Shown piece after piece: positions 24,984-37,445 of a DNA stretch of 64,000 nt. Origin of the DNA: Chiloscyllium plagiosum. Lineage: Eukaryota. Each line of letters opens with the position of its first letter. Position 1 is the first letter of the stretch. The notes under the pieces are model-generated. The model was not told where the DNA came from, searched no databases, and was given only the letters and a program-made list of their open reading frames with translations. Both the position numbers and the translations under genes were made by a program. The stretch lies in NCBI RefSeq assembly GCF_004010195.1, contig NC_057711.1, positions 70,539,018 through 70,603,017 on the forward strand, written 5' to 3'.

Positions 24984-25612
24984 GAAAGTGAGGACTGCAG
25001 ATGCTGGAGATCAGAGCTTAGAAATGTGTTGCTAGAAAAGCGCAGCAGGTCAGGCAGCATCAAAGGAGCAGGCGAATCGATGTTTCGGACATAAGCCCTT
25101 CTTCAGGAATGAGGAGGGTGTGCCAAGCAGGCTAAGCTAAAAGGTAGGGAGGAGGGACTTGGGGGAGGGGCGTTGGGAATATGATAGGTAGAAGGAGGTT
25201 AAGGTGAGGGTGATAGTCTCCCCAATGCAGGTGAATTTCTGACGGATATGGAAGGATCACCTTCACCTCCACACATATCACTTACTGCATCCACTGCACC
25301 CGATGTGGCCTCCTCCAAAGAGATTAAGAGTCTCTCCTCCCTACCTTTTATCTTAGCCTGCTTGGCACACCCTCCTTATTCCTGAAGAAGGGTAATTTCT
25401 GACGGATATGGAAGGATCACCTTCACCTCCACACATATCATTTACTGCACCCGATGTGGCCTCCTCCAAAGAGATTAAGAGTCCCTCCTCCCTACCTTTT
25501 ATCTTAGCCTGCTTGGCACACCCTCCTTATTCCTGAAGAAGGGTTTATGCCCAAAACGTTGATCCTCCTGCTCCTTTGATGCTACCTGACCTGCTGCGCT
25601 TTTCCAGCAACA
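24984..25612. mobile_element. Penelope-like (Neptune-type) inverted-repeat insertion with internal ~160-bp tandem duplication
   Basis: TSD gataatgtga at 24974-24983 and 25613-25622. Left arm minus, right arm plus. The duplicated unit starts at 25234 and 25394. Confidence 0.88.
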
Positions 25613-25994
25613 GATAATGTGATTCTTGGTTCATTAGCTTACCATCTCTCCTCCATCTGCAAGTTTTAAATAATGAGTGTGATGGAGAACACTCTGGATG
25701 GATAGAATGATGACAGCACTCAGCTTAACATAATTCAGGACTGAAGTTTTTTTTGAAGCTTCAGTCACTGGAGTCCATATTCACTCTGTCCATCACTAGC
25801 GCTTTGTGCAGACTGTGAATGATGCAAACATAATGTTGCCATGGTTATGTTTAAAGTACTTCACTTTCCTGCAGGGGATAGGAGTTGTACTTGCTTCTGG
25901 GCTTAGAGTTGCTCCTGTACACAGTAGAAATATAAAGAAAAGAATAAAATGATCTACTTTATTCTTGTATTCACTCAAAGTTTGTATTCACTGT

Positions 25995-26370
25995 ATTTAC
26001 TAGAGTTAGAAGAATGAGAAGGCAACTGATCGAAAAGTTTACGTTTCTAAAAGAGCAAGACTGATGAGATGCAGGGAGAATGTTTCTCCTGGCTGGTGAG
26101 TCTAGAGCTCAGGGTTGCAGTCTCATGATACCCTCTTCACTTGGAGGATGCCCAACCTATGGAATTCACTACCATAGAAATCTGTGGAGACAGGGTCACT
26201 GAGTAGATTCAAGAAAGTGATTTATAATTTTCCAGATATTAAAGTCACCAAGGGATATGGAGAGAAAGTGGGAATGCCATGTTGATTTTGACAATGAGCC
26301 ACGTTAATATTGAACAACAAAGAAGGCTTGAAGGGCTGAATGGCCTTTTGCTGCTCTTTTTGTTATTTGA
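25995..26370 (+). mobile_element. Old CR1 LINE 3' fragment
   Basis: tagagttagaagaatgaga..ggaattcactacc..gaagggctgaatggcc pattern. Confidence 0.65.
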
Positions 26371-26629
26371 AAAATGAGAGTGATTATGCAGGAATCTAAA
26401 ATTAAAGTAACACAGAAAGCAGGAAGATACAACAAGCAACTATCTGAAACTTATAATGCTGTTTATCAGCAGAACCTTTTTGAAAAGACTGATGTAGGAG
26501 AGCAACCAGTATGATGACGTTGGATGTTTTGACCAAATGTTTTGTGAATGGAATCAGGGTGCAGAGGGTGACTGGGGGGAAAGGTAAAAAAATTTGAGTT
26601 GTCATACATTTGTTTTAATCAAACTATAG

Positions 26630-27190
26630 AGTTAACTGGAGTCTTCTGGATTGAATGCATTTTTATTGACTGAATCTGAGGCATTGTGTGCAATACTGGT
26701 CACTGTACTTACAGAACTATATTCATGTCTTGAAAGCAGTTCCGAGAGGTTTACTAATACCTGGAGTGAGTAAGTTGCCATATGAGGAAAAGCTTCACAG
26801 GCTAGAACTGTGTCCCTGGAGTCTAGAAGATTCAGAGGTAACTTAATTGAACATACAAGATCCTGAGGGGAATTGACCAAATGGATGTTGGAAACATGTC
26901 TCCTAGGGCTCATAATTTATAAATAACAAGTTACCTATTTAAAACAGTGACGAGGCAACTTTATTTTATTTAAGGGTTGAGTGTCTTTGGGATTCCCTTC
27001 CTCAAAAGGCAGTGGATACACAGTCTTTAAATATTTAACACAGAGGCAAATATATTATTGACTACCAAGGGTATGAAAACTTATCGGGATATGCAAGAAC
27101 GTAGAGTTGAGGTTAAAATCAGAGTAGCCATAATCTTACCGAATAGTGGAGCTGACCCAAAGGGTCAAGTGTCCTGCTGTCAGTATATTC
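26630..27190 (+). mobile_element. Old CR1 LINE 3' fragment
   Basis: Decayed homolog of 1480-2160 (gcagttccgagaggtttacta..agaggtaacttaattgaacatacaagat). Confidence 0.65.
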
Positions 27191-29403
27191 CTAGTTGGGG
27201 TCTAGATGGAGGGTTGCTGGGGTAGCAAGTTCAGTGAGGCAGGGGTGAAGTAAAGCTCAAGTGCATGGTAAGGTGAAATGCCTCCATATTTTATTGTGAA
27301 TGATAGTAGTTTTATTTAGAAAAGATATGAAGATTGTTTGTTTGTGTGAAAATAGGAAACTTCACAAATAAAATTGTCAGAAATTCTCTTCAATGGCAGA
27401 GTAAGTTCAGTGGCCTTGTAATATGAGTGGTCCATGACAGTATTGGCAGATAGGATTGGGAAGAATGCCAGGCACCATAATATTTGCATTTCTAATCTTG
27501 CTGAGTTCTAAACAAAACATGAGCACTCAGATATTTTTATTGAAATACCAGAACATCTTGAGTTCAGTCTGTACAGCTCAAATGAAACTCTTAATCTCTT
27601 TGATATTCGTGAAACAATTGTATTTTCTGTGGGTACATGGAAAATCATTTGATGAATGATTTTAATGTTCACCTGGAGTAGTTGGAAGAATACAACTGAT
27701 GTAGGGGGGAAGGTGGTGTGTGAGTTTATGCTACCTTTTCTGTCTTTTAGTTTGGCATCATAATATTGTCACTTGTGTATTCATAGAGCAAATTTTGCAG
27801 ATGTTCAATAGTGTGCCAACCTTTGGAGGGAAGGGAGGGATGTGTCCAATATCTAAGAGGGATTTACTCCTTGCAAGTTTTGTAGAATTGTTTGTTTGAA
27901 GATGATATAGTTCTGGTCAAGTCCAAATTGTCGGTGGTTGCTACCCAAAATCCAACATTACAGTTTTGAGACAGGCCAGTTTTGTTTTCCATTGTGACAG
28001 AGAACTTCCAGTATGTTTTCACACTGAGTTAGTATGTTCATCTTGAATTATTGTATTGGTACTTCAGTCATTGATTTGCTCAAGGAACTTGTACTGAGAT
28101 TTTTTCAGTGGGGAAAACCTCAGTTCAGAAGTTTGAAGCTGAGACCTGACCTCCACTGCGTAAAGAATTTTCAGAGCTGCTCACTTTCATTCTTGCCCTT
28201 GCATGATGCTTTTGATTTATTAGCTGCATTTTTGGTTCCATTCTTAGGGCAGAAGGTTAAAAGCTGCAGTTGGTTTAGCTCGTGGAAAGAAGATCCTCAT
28301 CAGTTGGTAAAGATTAAATTCACCAGTCTTACAGAGAACAAGTGCCTTTTTCAGACAGCATTTACTCTCCTTGATTTTTTTTTCTTCTTAATCTATGTGG
28401 AACATGCACCACTTGCATTGGGAGAGCTCAGTGTGGTTTGAAGTAAATGATCTGTCCGTACTGTTTTTACTGGCCTACAGTGAAATGAATTCGTATTTGT
28501 AACCTTGATTCCAGCATTTTGCACACTCTGCAAAAAGTGGTTTTGATTTTCCTTTTGACTGAACAGTTGGCAAAGAGCAAATTGACATTTATAATGCCTA
28601 CGTTCCAGAAAGAAATGTAGTTTTTTTTTTATAGGCACCCCCATTTAAAGCATGTTTTTATTATATATTTGTGTTTAAAGTGGTTGGCAAGTTGGGGGTG
28701 TTTACCAGTTGTGTTGCTACCATTTTTGTTTTAAGATGAATACTGAGTTTTGTTTATTTTTAGAAACAAATTCTTTCTCACCATCTGTTTCTCCAATTTT
28801 CCTGATCTACCAAATCCACCAATTCTCCTAACCCACCAGGGTCTCTGCAGTTCATTGATCTTTTCACACACAACCTCGAGTCAGAAGGAGGATTTGTTCC
28901 CTCTCCCGCTTCTGCAGCCCCTCTCCCAAGCCTTCGCTCCTAGCAAGCGTTCAGTTTCAGAGTGAGAAAGTGAAGTTGGGAAAGTGGTAGAGATGGTGAG
29001 GTACCAGAGGAAAGTTGAAAGCGTTACGACTGAAATTAGTAAGTATTGGTCAGATAGAAAGAAGGCCTTTCGGACCAGTTAGGTCAATGGGATTTTAAAT
29101 GTAAAAGAAATTGCAAGTCAAGAATGAAATCCACACTTTTATGCTTTTTTAGGTTGGGAGTGAGAGACAAAAGATTGCTATACCGTCTTGAATCAGTTTT
29201 GCCTCCTTTTTTAATTTTAACTGACTTAAGGCTGAATGAACATACAAATAGGCCATTATCATGCAAACGCTCAGGATGTAACAGACTAACTTATTTACTT
29301 GTGTTCCATATTCAGGTGTTGTACAAAGATAGTGTTTTTTTTCTGCATTGCTCTGTGTGTTGGCAATGTAACCGAAGGCTATGTTAACCTCTTCATGAAT
29401 GCA

Positions 29404-29542
29404 GTTGAAACTTTATTGCTGGAACAGCACAGCAGGTCAGGCAGCATCCAGGGAACAGGAGATTCGACGTTTCGGGCACAGGCCCTTCTTCCAGCAATAA
29501 AGTTTCAACTTTGATCTCCAGCATCTGCAGACCTCACTTTCT
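29404..29542. mobile_element. Short Penelope-like inverted terminal-repeat insertion
   Basis: 16-bp TSD cctcttcatgaatgca at 29388-29403 and 29543-29558. Inverted arms gttgaaactttattgctggaa / ttccagcaataaagtttcaac. Confidence 0.88.
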
Positions 29543-29773
29543 CCTCTTCATGAATGCATCATCATGTGGTTTCTGTTTAGCAAGCTTTTGATAAGCAACA
29601 CACGCACTTCAAAAGAGCTGCTTCTTTAAAAATATTACCTGCAATAGTTGCACAGATATTGTACAAATACCAAGATATGAGTACTGAGTACAGGAAGAGA
29701 TGGGTGCTTCCTTTTCACTTAGTTTTGAGTTTCTTGTTTGACAGAGCAAAACAACTTGCACTAATGTGAATAG

Positions 29774-29863
29774 GAGAAAGTGAGGACTGCAGATGCTGGG
29801 GATCAGAGCTTAAAAATGGCAGCATCAAAGGAGAAGGAGAATCGACGTTTCGGGCATAAGCCC
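29774..29863 (-). mobile_element. Short Penelope-like terminal fragment
   Basis: TSD tgaatag at 29767-29773 and 29864-29870. Tail gagaaagtgaggactgcagatgctgg. Confidence 0.8.
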
Positions 29864-30774
29864 TGAATAGCTGACTTTATCTGTTCATTTCCCAGCTAAT
29901 GCACTTGATCTTTTAACATTGAATATCTTGCATTTTCAATCATGTGTTTAAATACAGGAGGAAATGTTGTTGCATGTTAAAATAATGAATTTCTTGCATT
30001 CTCTGATTTGCCTATGAAGACTTTGCACAGCTATTGGAGAAAATATGTAGTCGGAAACTTAATTTCCAAACAATTTAAATTTTGCACATGGCTCAATTTT
30101 AACACCTATATTCAATACATTTTATGTGCATGGGGTTCATGACTAGTCAGTCAACATCATCTGAGTGAAGCCTGCAAAAAAACCTTGTGCACTAAGAATC
30201 TGAGATGACCCAGTTCAATTATTTTCTTACATTAGAGGCATGCAATACACTTACTTGTCTGATTTTCCTCTCTGCTTGGTTCCAGTGATGTTGATCATCA
30301 CGGTATTAAGGTTCTCCCTGTATTTGCGTGAATTTGCAGCGCATGTTCCAATTGACAAATAATTTTCTTTTTTTTTCCCCCTAAGTTTTCTTTTTGAACA
30401 TTGATCACTTTGGCACCATTGACATCGGAGTCGACAAATACGTTGTACGTGAAGTGGTCATGTCAATAATTGGAAAAACCTGATCTTTGAGAGAGGATGA
30501 AATCTAGGATCCAGCTGCAGCACTGTCGCTATAGCTGATTGGATATTTGACGGCTCTTAACAGAGATGCAGTTTAACCTAAATAGGCTGATATTTAGGTG
30601 TAATTCCGTGGGTCTTGTTAGAAATAGTGGCATTGTTTACCTGCTTGGAAACACTGTCAGCAGGCACAGCTAAAGAAAAATAGTCAATATTGAGAACATG
30701 CATTTCGGGTGAGAGGAGGAAAGTTCAAAGGAGATGTGAGGGGCAAGTTTTTTTTTAAACACAGAGAGTGGTAG

Positions 30775-31486
30775 TATTATGATGATGTGGGTGTGTCATA
30801 CCTTTTAAGAGAGTTAAAAACAACAAAACTACCTGACAGAACCAAGTGTTCTGAAAAAAATATATAATGTAACATTTGGTGGAACAACTTGATTAGCTGG
30901 TTGCCTGGAAACAACAAAACAGATTTGAATTAGGCCAATCAGTTTAAATTATGCTCCGAAAAATACCAAACTCCCAATCCAGTTTGAATTTAGTATATTG
31001 ACAATCTTAAAAGCCAATGAGACAATCCGATGCTTTGGGGGTATAAGACTGGGGAAAATTGAACAGTTGAGAGGAGAACTGCCAAGGCAACGACATCTGC
31101 ATACTGCCCATAAAATAGCTCTCTTAAAAGGTACCTCTATCGATCAGTAACCTGTGAAACAGAATCCCGAAGAAAAAGAAAAGACATAGGAAGATCCAAA
31201 TTGAAGAACCGAAAGCTGCCTGTTTTTGAGATAAGAAGTGTTGTTATGTAAGTCTTAATTGAGAGTTTTATCGGACGAATAGAAGGGAAGGTAACAGGTT
31301 CGAGTAAAGAATTGGAAATAGTTGTTAGTTAATTATTCTCTGTTATACTTTAAGAAATAAAGTTGTTAATTTTTACTTTAAGTAGTTCTTAGCCTGTTGA
31401 ATCTTTACAGATTATTGCGTGCGATAAATCTTGTCTGTGTTGCTGGTATTAAATTAAGCAGGAGGGTTTACCCCTTCTGTGTAACA
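30775..31486 (+). mobile_element. Probable solo LTR (~712 bp) within a CR1 3' end
   Basis: T(A)TTAT...GTAACA termini. Three CCAAT boxes (~30934, 30974, 31014), TATAAG at ~31042 and AATAAA at ~31356. CR1 3' sequence on both sides; no clean TSD. Confidence 0.6.
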
Positions 31487-31602
31487 TCGTGGGCTGAAGG
31501 GCCTATTCCTGTGCTGTCCAGTTTTATGTTCTGTGTTCAAGGGGAAAAATTCTATTATTTCCTTTCCTTACTTCAGGAGATCAGACATTATGTGAAATAT
31601 GA

Positions 31603-32048
31603 ATGATTAGATTAGATTACTTACAGTGTGGAAACAGGCCCTAACCTAAAGGTCTGGGTCATTCTTACAGTCAAAGCAGAGGTGTTCCCGAAGTGGTCAC
31701 CTAGTTTGTGTTTGGTCTTGTCAATGCAGAGGAGACTGCATTGTGAGCAGTGAATACAGTATACTATATTAAAAGAAGTCCACACCGACCCGCCGAAGCG
31801 CAACCCATCTAGACCCATTCCCCTACATTTATCCCTGCACCTAACACTACAGGCAATTTAGCATGGTCAATTCACCTGACCTGCACAGTTTTGGACTGTG
31901 GGAGGAAACCGGAGCACCCGGAGGAAACCCACGCAGACACTGGGAGAATGTGCAAACTCCACACAGTCAGTCGCCTGAGGCGGGAATTGAACCCGGGTCT
32001 CTGGCGCTGTGAGGCAACAGTGCTAACCACTGTGCCACCGTGCCGCCC
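31603..32048 (-). mobile_element. HE1-type V-SINE, full length, carrying a Penelope GIY-YIG fragment (~31643-31777)
   Basis: Intact tRNA head (reverse ggcggcacggtggcacagtggttagc) and (gatta)n tail. The insert translates NIVYCIHCSQCSLLCIDKTKHKLGDHF on minus. Confidence 0.88.
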
Positions 32049-32562
32049 ACAATGCAGGGACCCAAATTGTGGGACCCAAATGCAGAACTGGTAAGAGTCC
32101 GAGCAGATGGTGTCATCTCTCGCCTGTCCAGTCTTCTTTCCTGACTTGGATTTTCGAACTCTATCCAGCGATTTTTTTTGTATAGTGTGAATGACTCCTG
32201 TCCCAGCACACAGTGAACACTGAAGAAGTAAGGGGGTTTTCAAAAGGTATTAAACATCAAAGCCTTATCTGAATGTGCCCATAATGAAAATTTGGCACCA
32301 ATAATTTCAACATAGTTTAACTTTAAAGACTTAATGATTTCCTTTCCAGAATGTTAAATGTGTTAATAAACAGTATCAACATTTATAACCTTATTGTTTG
32401 TCTCACTCCAAATGTGCAGTTTGCAAATTTGGTGTAGTTTTCACTTCTGTGAGCAAAAACAAGGAACTGATTAAAGTTCTTCAGAAATTGTGGCCATTTC
32501 TAGTTTACTTCATGGTGAGTTAAATTCTTCAATTCTTATAAGATTGGTACAAATGACAGGAT

Positions 32563-32770
32563 CTGAAAATGTGTTGCTGTAAAAGCGCAGCAGGTCAGGC
32601 AGCATCCAGGGAACAGGAGAATCGACGTTTCGGGCATAAGCCCTTCTTCTTCCTGAAGAAGGGCTTATGCCCGAAACGTCGATTCTCCTGTTCCCTGGAT
32701 GCTGCCTGACCTGCTGCGCTTTTCCAGCAACACATTTTCAGCTCTGATCTCCGGCATCTGCACTTTCTCC
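32563..32770. mobile_element. Penelope-like palindromic insertion (87-bp inverted arms plus tail)
   Basis: TSD acaaatgac(a/c)ggat at 32549-32562 and 32771-32784. Arms 32563-32649 and 32655-32741. Hammerhead core 32653-32680. Confidence 0.92.
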
Positions 32771-34484
32771 ACAAATGACCGGATATCAGTTTTAGCATGT
32801 AACAATGAATCATTGTTGAATATTTGTGTAGATCTTCTGATTAAGATTGGAAACCCGATTTCCAGCCCCGGTAAGATCAGACGTCACCCATTTACCATTT
32901 AGATATCTTTTGCTCTGGTGATTCCTGACAGAGGCCTTCTGTTATGATTGTCCAGGAATGAACCAGTAAAGAAAATCTTCATGGAAACTGCAGCCCCTTT
33001 GTTTTGTTTGCAACAATCAGTGTGCTGTGTTCTGTGATTTAAATGTCCAGCCTGAGACTATAGCAACTTCTGTGAAAGGGGAGATGTGGAAGGTGAGTGT
33101 GGGGTTAAGGTGTTAGGATGTCTGATAAGTGTGTACAGGTAAGGAGAGAGTGTGTGATATTCTGAATACAATATCCAATATCTGTGTAACGACTGTTGGT
33201 GAGATTTTTAATGAACAGTTTGTTGCTGAAAGCAGCTCCTTTGAAGTGTGTTACTTACCAACAGCATGCTAAACAGAAGCCACATGAGGATGCTTTCATG
33301 AGAGGTTAACATAACCTTCATAAAATGTCAGTTCCATTGCCAATACATGGTTTGTTACTTACCAACAAGAACACAGGGAAAAAAAATAGCAATTTAAACA
33401 ACAACACCTGAATTTGAAACGATGGCTAGGGACTGTTGGTATTTGGTTCTGGAGATCATGACACGGGGGTTGAACACTAAATTGGATATTCAATTTAATA
33501 GTTACCAAGGAATTGGAGTGAATTTTTAATCCTCAAACCTTTTCTGGGTAACTCTTAACTCTGTCAGAACACCAATGACGCTTCTGACTTTAATGGACAT
33601 TTCTTGGAGGATCCAAGATGCGAGCATGTTGTCCATCAAAATCTGTAGTTTTACAGGCAATTCCCATGGAGGCAGCTACATCTGGAATTTAAAGTGCTGC
33701 TTCTGTCGAAGTTGCTTCATCAACTCTGTGGCCATCTGAACATCCAGAGCATTTTAAGTGCCCATACTGACTGAAAGTGCCCATGATTCATCAGAGAAAA
33801 TAATCAATTTTGGTTCAGTTTCGGATTTGTCTAGTTTTTCATTTTGGGCAGTAAGTTGTTCAATGATAAGATGTTGCTAAATGTGTTAGAGTTGTTTCAA
33901 ATATAACAGTAATGAGAACATGACTGTGAGATATCACATTCAAATGAAAGCATGATTAATTAATAATGAATTTAGGCATGGCCAATAGTTAAGACAATAC
34001 ACAGGGATCACAGGTTTTGTTTTGTTATTTTCTTGTTGACTCATGGATGAGCATGCAGATTTTGTGGGTTTTATCTTTCCAGAGTTTAGATCTTAAAGAA
34101 CTCCAGCAAACTGAGCTGTAACAATTTGCACCAAATTAACAGTAAGAACTTGCTGTTAGTATGTTTGTGTTGGGTCAGCAAAACCCCATTTGAAAGGCTG
34201 ACTGAGGAATTCTGAATCTCCCTTCCATTCAAGTGATAATGCTTTTTCTAACACTTCAATTTTATTTCACAATCCAGTATACTTTTGCTTTCAGCTCATG
34301 ATTTTTAATTTTTGAATAATCTGTGTAAGAAAATGGCACCAGGCACTAAGCAAGAATATTTTGAAAGCGAATCATGACACCAAGCCTTAAAATACAATTT
34401 AAGAAATTTAAAAGCTTGACTAGATGCAAGTTTTTATTAAACGTCTTAAAGTAGCAAAGTGAGGAAGCAAGATTGAGATGGTTA

Positions 34485-35155
34485 ATAATGTTGTGGTTCT
34501 GTTCGCCGAGCTGGAAGCTTTTGTTGCAAACGTTTTGTCCCCTGGCTAGGCGACATCATCAGTGCTTGGGAGCCTCCTGCGAAGCGCTTCTTTGATGTTT
34601 CCTCCGGTGTTTATAGTGGTCTGTCCCTGCCGCTTCCGGTTGTCAGTTTCAGCTGTCCGCTGTAGTGGCCAGTATATTGGGTCCAGGTCGATGTGTTTGT
34701 TGATGGAGTTTGTGGATGAATGCCATGCCTCTAGGAATTCCCTGGCTGTTCTCTGTCTGGCTTGCCCTATGATAGTAGTGTTGTCCCAGTCGAATTCATG
34801 TTGCTTGTTGTCTGCGTGTGTGGCTACTAAGGATAGCTGGTCGTGTCATTTCGTGGCTAGTTGATGTTCATGTATGCGGATTGTTAGCTGTCTTCCTGTT
34901 TGTCCTAAATAGTGTTTAGTGCAGTCCTTGCATGGTATTTTGTACACTACATTCGTTTTGCTCATGTTGGGTATCGAGTCCTTCGTTCTGGTGAGTTGTT
35001 GTCTGAGCGTGGCTGTTGGTTTGTGTGCCATTATGAGTCCTAGGGGTCGCAGTAGTCTGGCTGTCAGTTCCGAGATGCTCCTGATGTATGGTAGTGTGGC
35101 TAGTCCTTTTGGTTGTGGTATGTCCTCGTTCTGTGGTCTTTCTCTTAGGCATCTG
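34485..35155 (-). mobile_element. Penelope-like element, Poseidon-type, GIY-YIG endonuclease region and 3' repeat
   Basis: ORF LATLPYIRSISE..KTNVVYKIPCKDCTKHYLGQTGRQLTIRIHEH. Hammerhead-like gcaCTGATGAtgtc..gac(A)AAAcgtttgc at 34525-34565 (-). Confidence 0.9.
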
Positions 35156-36660
35156 TCAAATCCCCTCCCCCTCACATCTTGAACTTATTCCCTTAGTAAT
35201 TGACCCCTCCACCATGGGAGAAAGCCTCATACCCATGCCACTTACAGTCTTATAAACTTATATTAGGTCTCCCTCCTGCGTTCCAATGAAAATGAACCCA
35301 ATCTGTCTGACCTTTCTTCATAGCTAAAATCACTGATACCATGCAACATCCTGGTAAACCTTTTCTGTACCCTCTTCAAAGCATCCTTATCCTCCTGGTA
35401 GTTTGGTGACCAGAACTGTGCACAGTATTCCAAGTGTGGCCAAACTAGAGTTCTATAAAGGTGCAGTGTAACTTGTCTATGCTTCTATTCAGTGCCCATT
35501 CCAATGAAGGCAAGCATGCCATTGGTCTTTTTTACTTCCTTATCTACCTGTGCTACCACCTTCAGTGACCGGCACATCCAGATCCCTCTGCAGATCAATA
35601 TTCCTAAGGGTTCTGCCATTCACTGTATAATTTCCAACTGTACTTGACCTTCCAAAATGCATCACCTCATATTTGTCAAGGTTAAACTCCATCTGCCAGT
35701 TTTCCATGCCTTCAACTGATGTTTATCCTGCTGTATCCTCTGACAATCCTCCTTAGTATCCACAACTCCACCAATCTTTGTATCACCTGCAAACTTACTA
35801 ATTTGACCAGCTGCATTTTCCTCCAAATCATTTCTCTAGATTATGAACAGTAGAGTTCCCAGCACTGGTTCCTGTGGAACACCACTAGTCGCAGCCCTCT
35901 ATTCTGAAAAGCATCCTTCCACCCCTACCCTCTGTCTATGACTAAGTCAGTTCTGAATCTATCTTGCCAGCTTACCCCGATATCGTGTGACTTGACCTTT
36001 TTTGTACAAGTCTGCCATGAGGGACATTGTCACAGGCTTTACTGAAGTCCATGTAAGTAACAACGGTGGCTTTTCCCTCATCAATCATCTTTCTCACCTC
36101 CTCAAAAAACTCTAAAGTTTTTTGGCGGCATGGTGGCTCAGTGGTTAGCACTGCTGCCTCACAGCACCAGGGTCCCAGATTCAATTCCAACCTCAGGCGA
36201 CTGTCTGTGTGGAGTTTCCACATTCTCCCCGTGTCTGCGTGGGTTTTCTCCGGGTGCTCCGGTTTCCTCCCACAGTCCAAAGATGTGCAGATTAGGTGAA
36301 TTGGCCATGCTAAATTGTCCATAGTGCTAGGTGCATCAGTCAGAGGGAAATGGGTCTGGGTGTGTTACTCTTCGGAGGGTCGATGTGGACTAGTTGGGCT
36401 GAAGGGCCTGATTCTGCACTGTAGGGAATCTAATCTAATCTGTTAGTGAGGCACAACCTCCCCAGCACCAAACCATGCTGCCTGTTGCAAATGTCCATTT
36501 GTTTCTAAGTGCATACAGATCTTGTCTTTGAGAATCTTTTCCAATAATTTCTCTGCTACTGACATGAGACTCACAGGCCTGTAATTTCCTGGATTATCCT
36601 TGCTATCCTTCTTAAACAGTGGGACAACATTGGCTATAATCCTGTCCTCTGGGACCTCAC
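35156..36660 (-). mobile_element. CR1 LINE RT region (older subfamily), interrupted by an HE1 SINE
   Basis: LEFFEEVRKMIDEGKATVVTYMDFSKACDNVPHGRL and reverse [12 protein letters not shown] (~35760-35795). Colinear with 37446-39020. Confidence 0.85.
36124..36441 (+). mobile_element. HE1-type V-SINE, full length
   Basis: ggcggcatggtggctcagtggttagc A-box, B-box-like gattcaattcc, V-core and (aatct)n tail. Confidence 0.92.
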
Positions 36661-36959
36661 CTCTTGTTTGTGGTTTCAGTACATCACCTTGCTTTCACGT
36701 TAATATCTCTCCGAGACCTGTAGCTTTGTTCCACTGAAGCCCAACACAAACTTAAGAAACGGCACTTATAGCTTTCAGGACTCAACATTGATTTCAACAA
36801 CTTCTTATCATGAACACTGTCATCTTGTGATTAGTGGTTTACAGCATCACTTTTCAACTCATTCCTATCACATTATTGATACTGTCGTTCTTGTATCTTT
36901 CAATAATCATTGTTTTTAGACTGCAATCCGATTTGAAAGAATTAGGAACACTGCTATAT

Positions 36960-37445
36960 TCATCTTTCATCCATTGTTGAAGCAGAGAGGAGGGCAAAGT
37001 TATAGGATGGCAGACAGATAGTTGCAGAGCAATGGAAACATTCTCTTTTTAATTGTATGTGAGCTTCACTGCAGGAATCCAGGCAGTAGGAACGAAGTTC
37101 AAACTAAGTGCATTCATAGAGCAAAAGTATATATATGGTGGAAATTTACCACCAGATATGTGAACACCAACTGGCCACCAAAGATACGACCTACTATTAC
37201 TAGTTTCCATACATACAGACAAAGAAGGATACCACTTTGACTGGAACAACACACACATCCTAGGACAGGTGAAACAAAGACACACATGAGAATTCTTAGA
37301 GGCATGGCACTCTGACCAGATCTCTATCAGTAAACACATGAATTTAGATCCTAGCTCTTCACCGGAGACACTCACTGATGTTACCTGGTATGGTGATGAA
37401 ACATCTGGAAACAAACCCTCAAGCTCAGTGAGCTAACTTACATCG
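36960..37445 (+). mobile_element. Decayed Poseidon-type Penelope fragment
   Basis: Homologous to the reverse of 34485-34900 (tttgactggaacaacac..gaattcttagaggcatggcactc). Eroded hammerhead core at ~37372-37405. Confidence 0.65.

Noticed and set aside
36124..36200. tRNA gene-like sequence (also ~31970-32048, ~15730-15800, ~45780-45865)
   Set aside because: These are tRNA-derived SINE heads continuing into V or Deu cores and tails, not tRNA genes.
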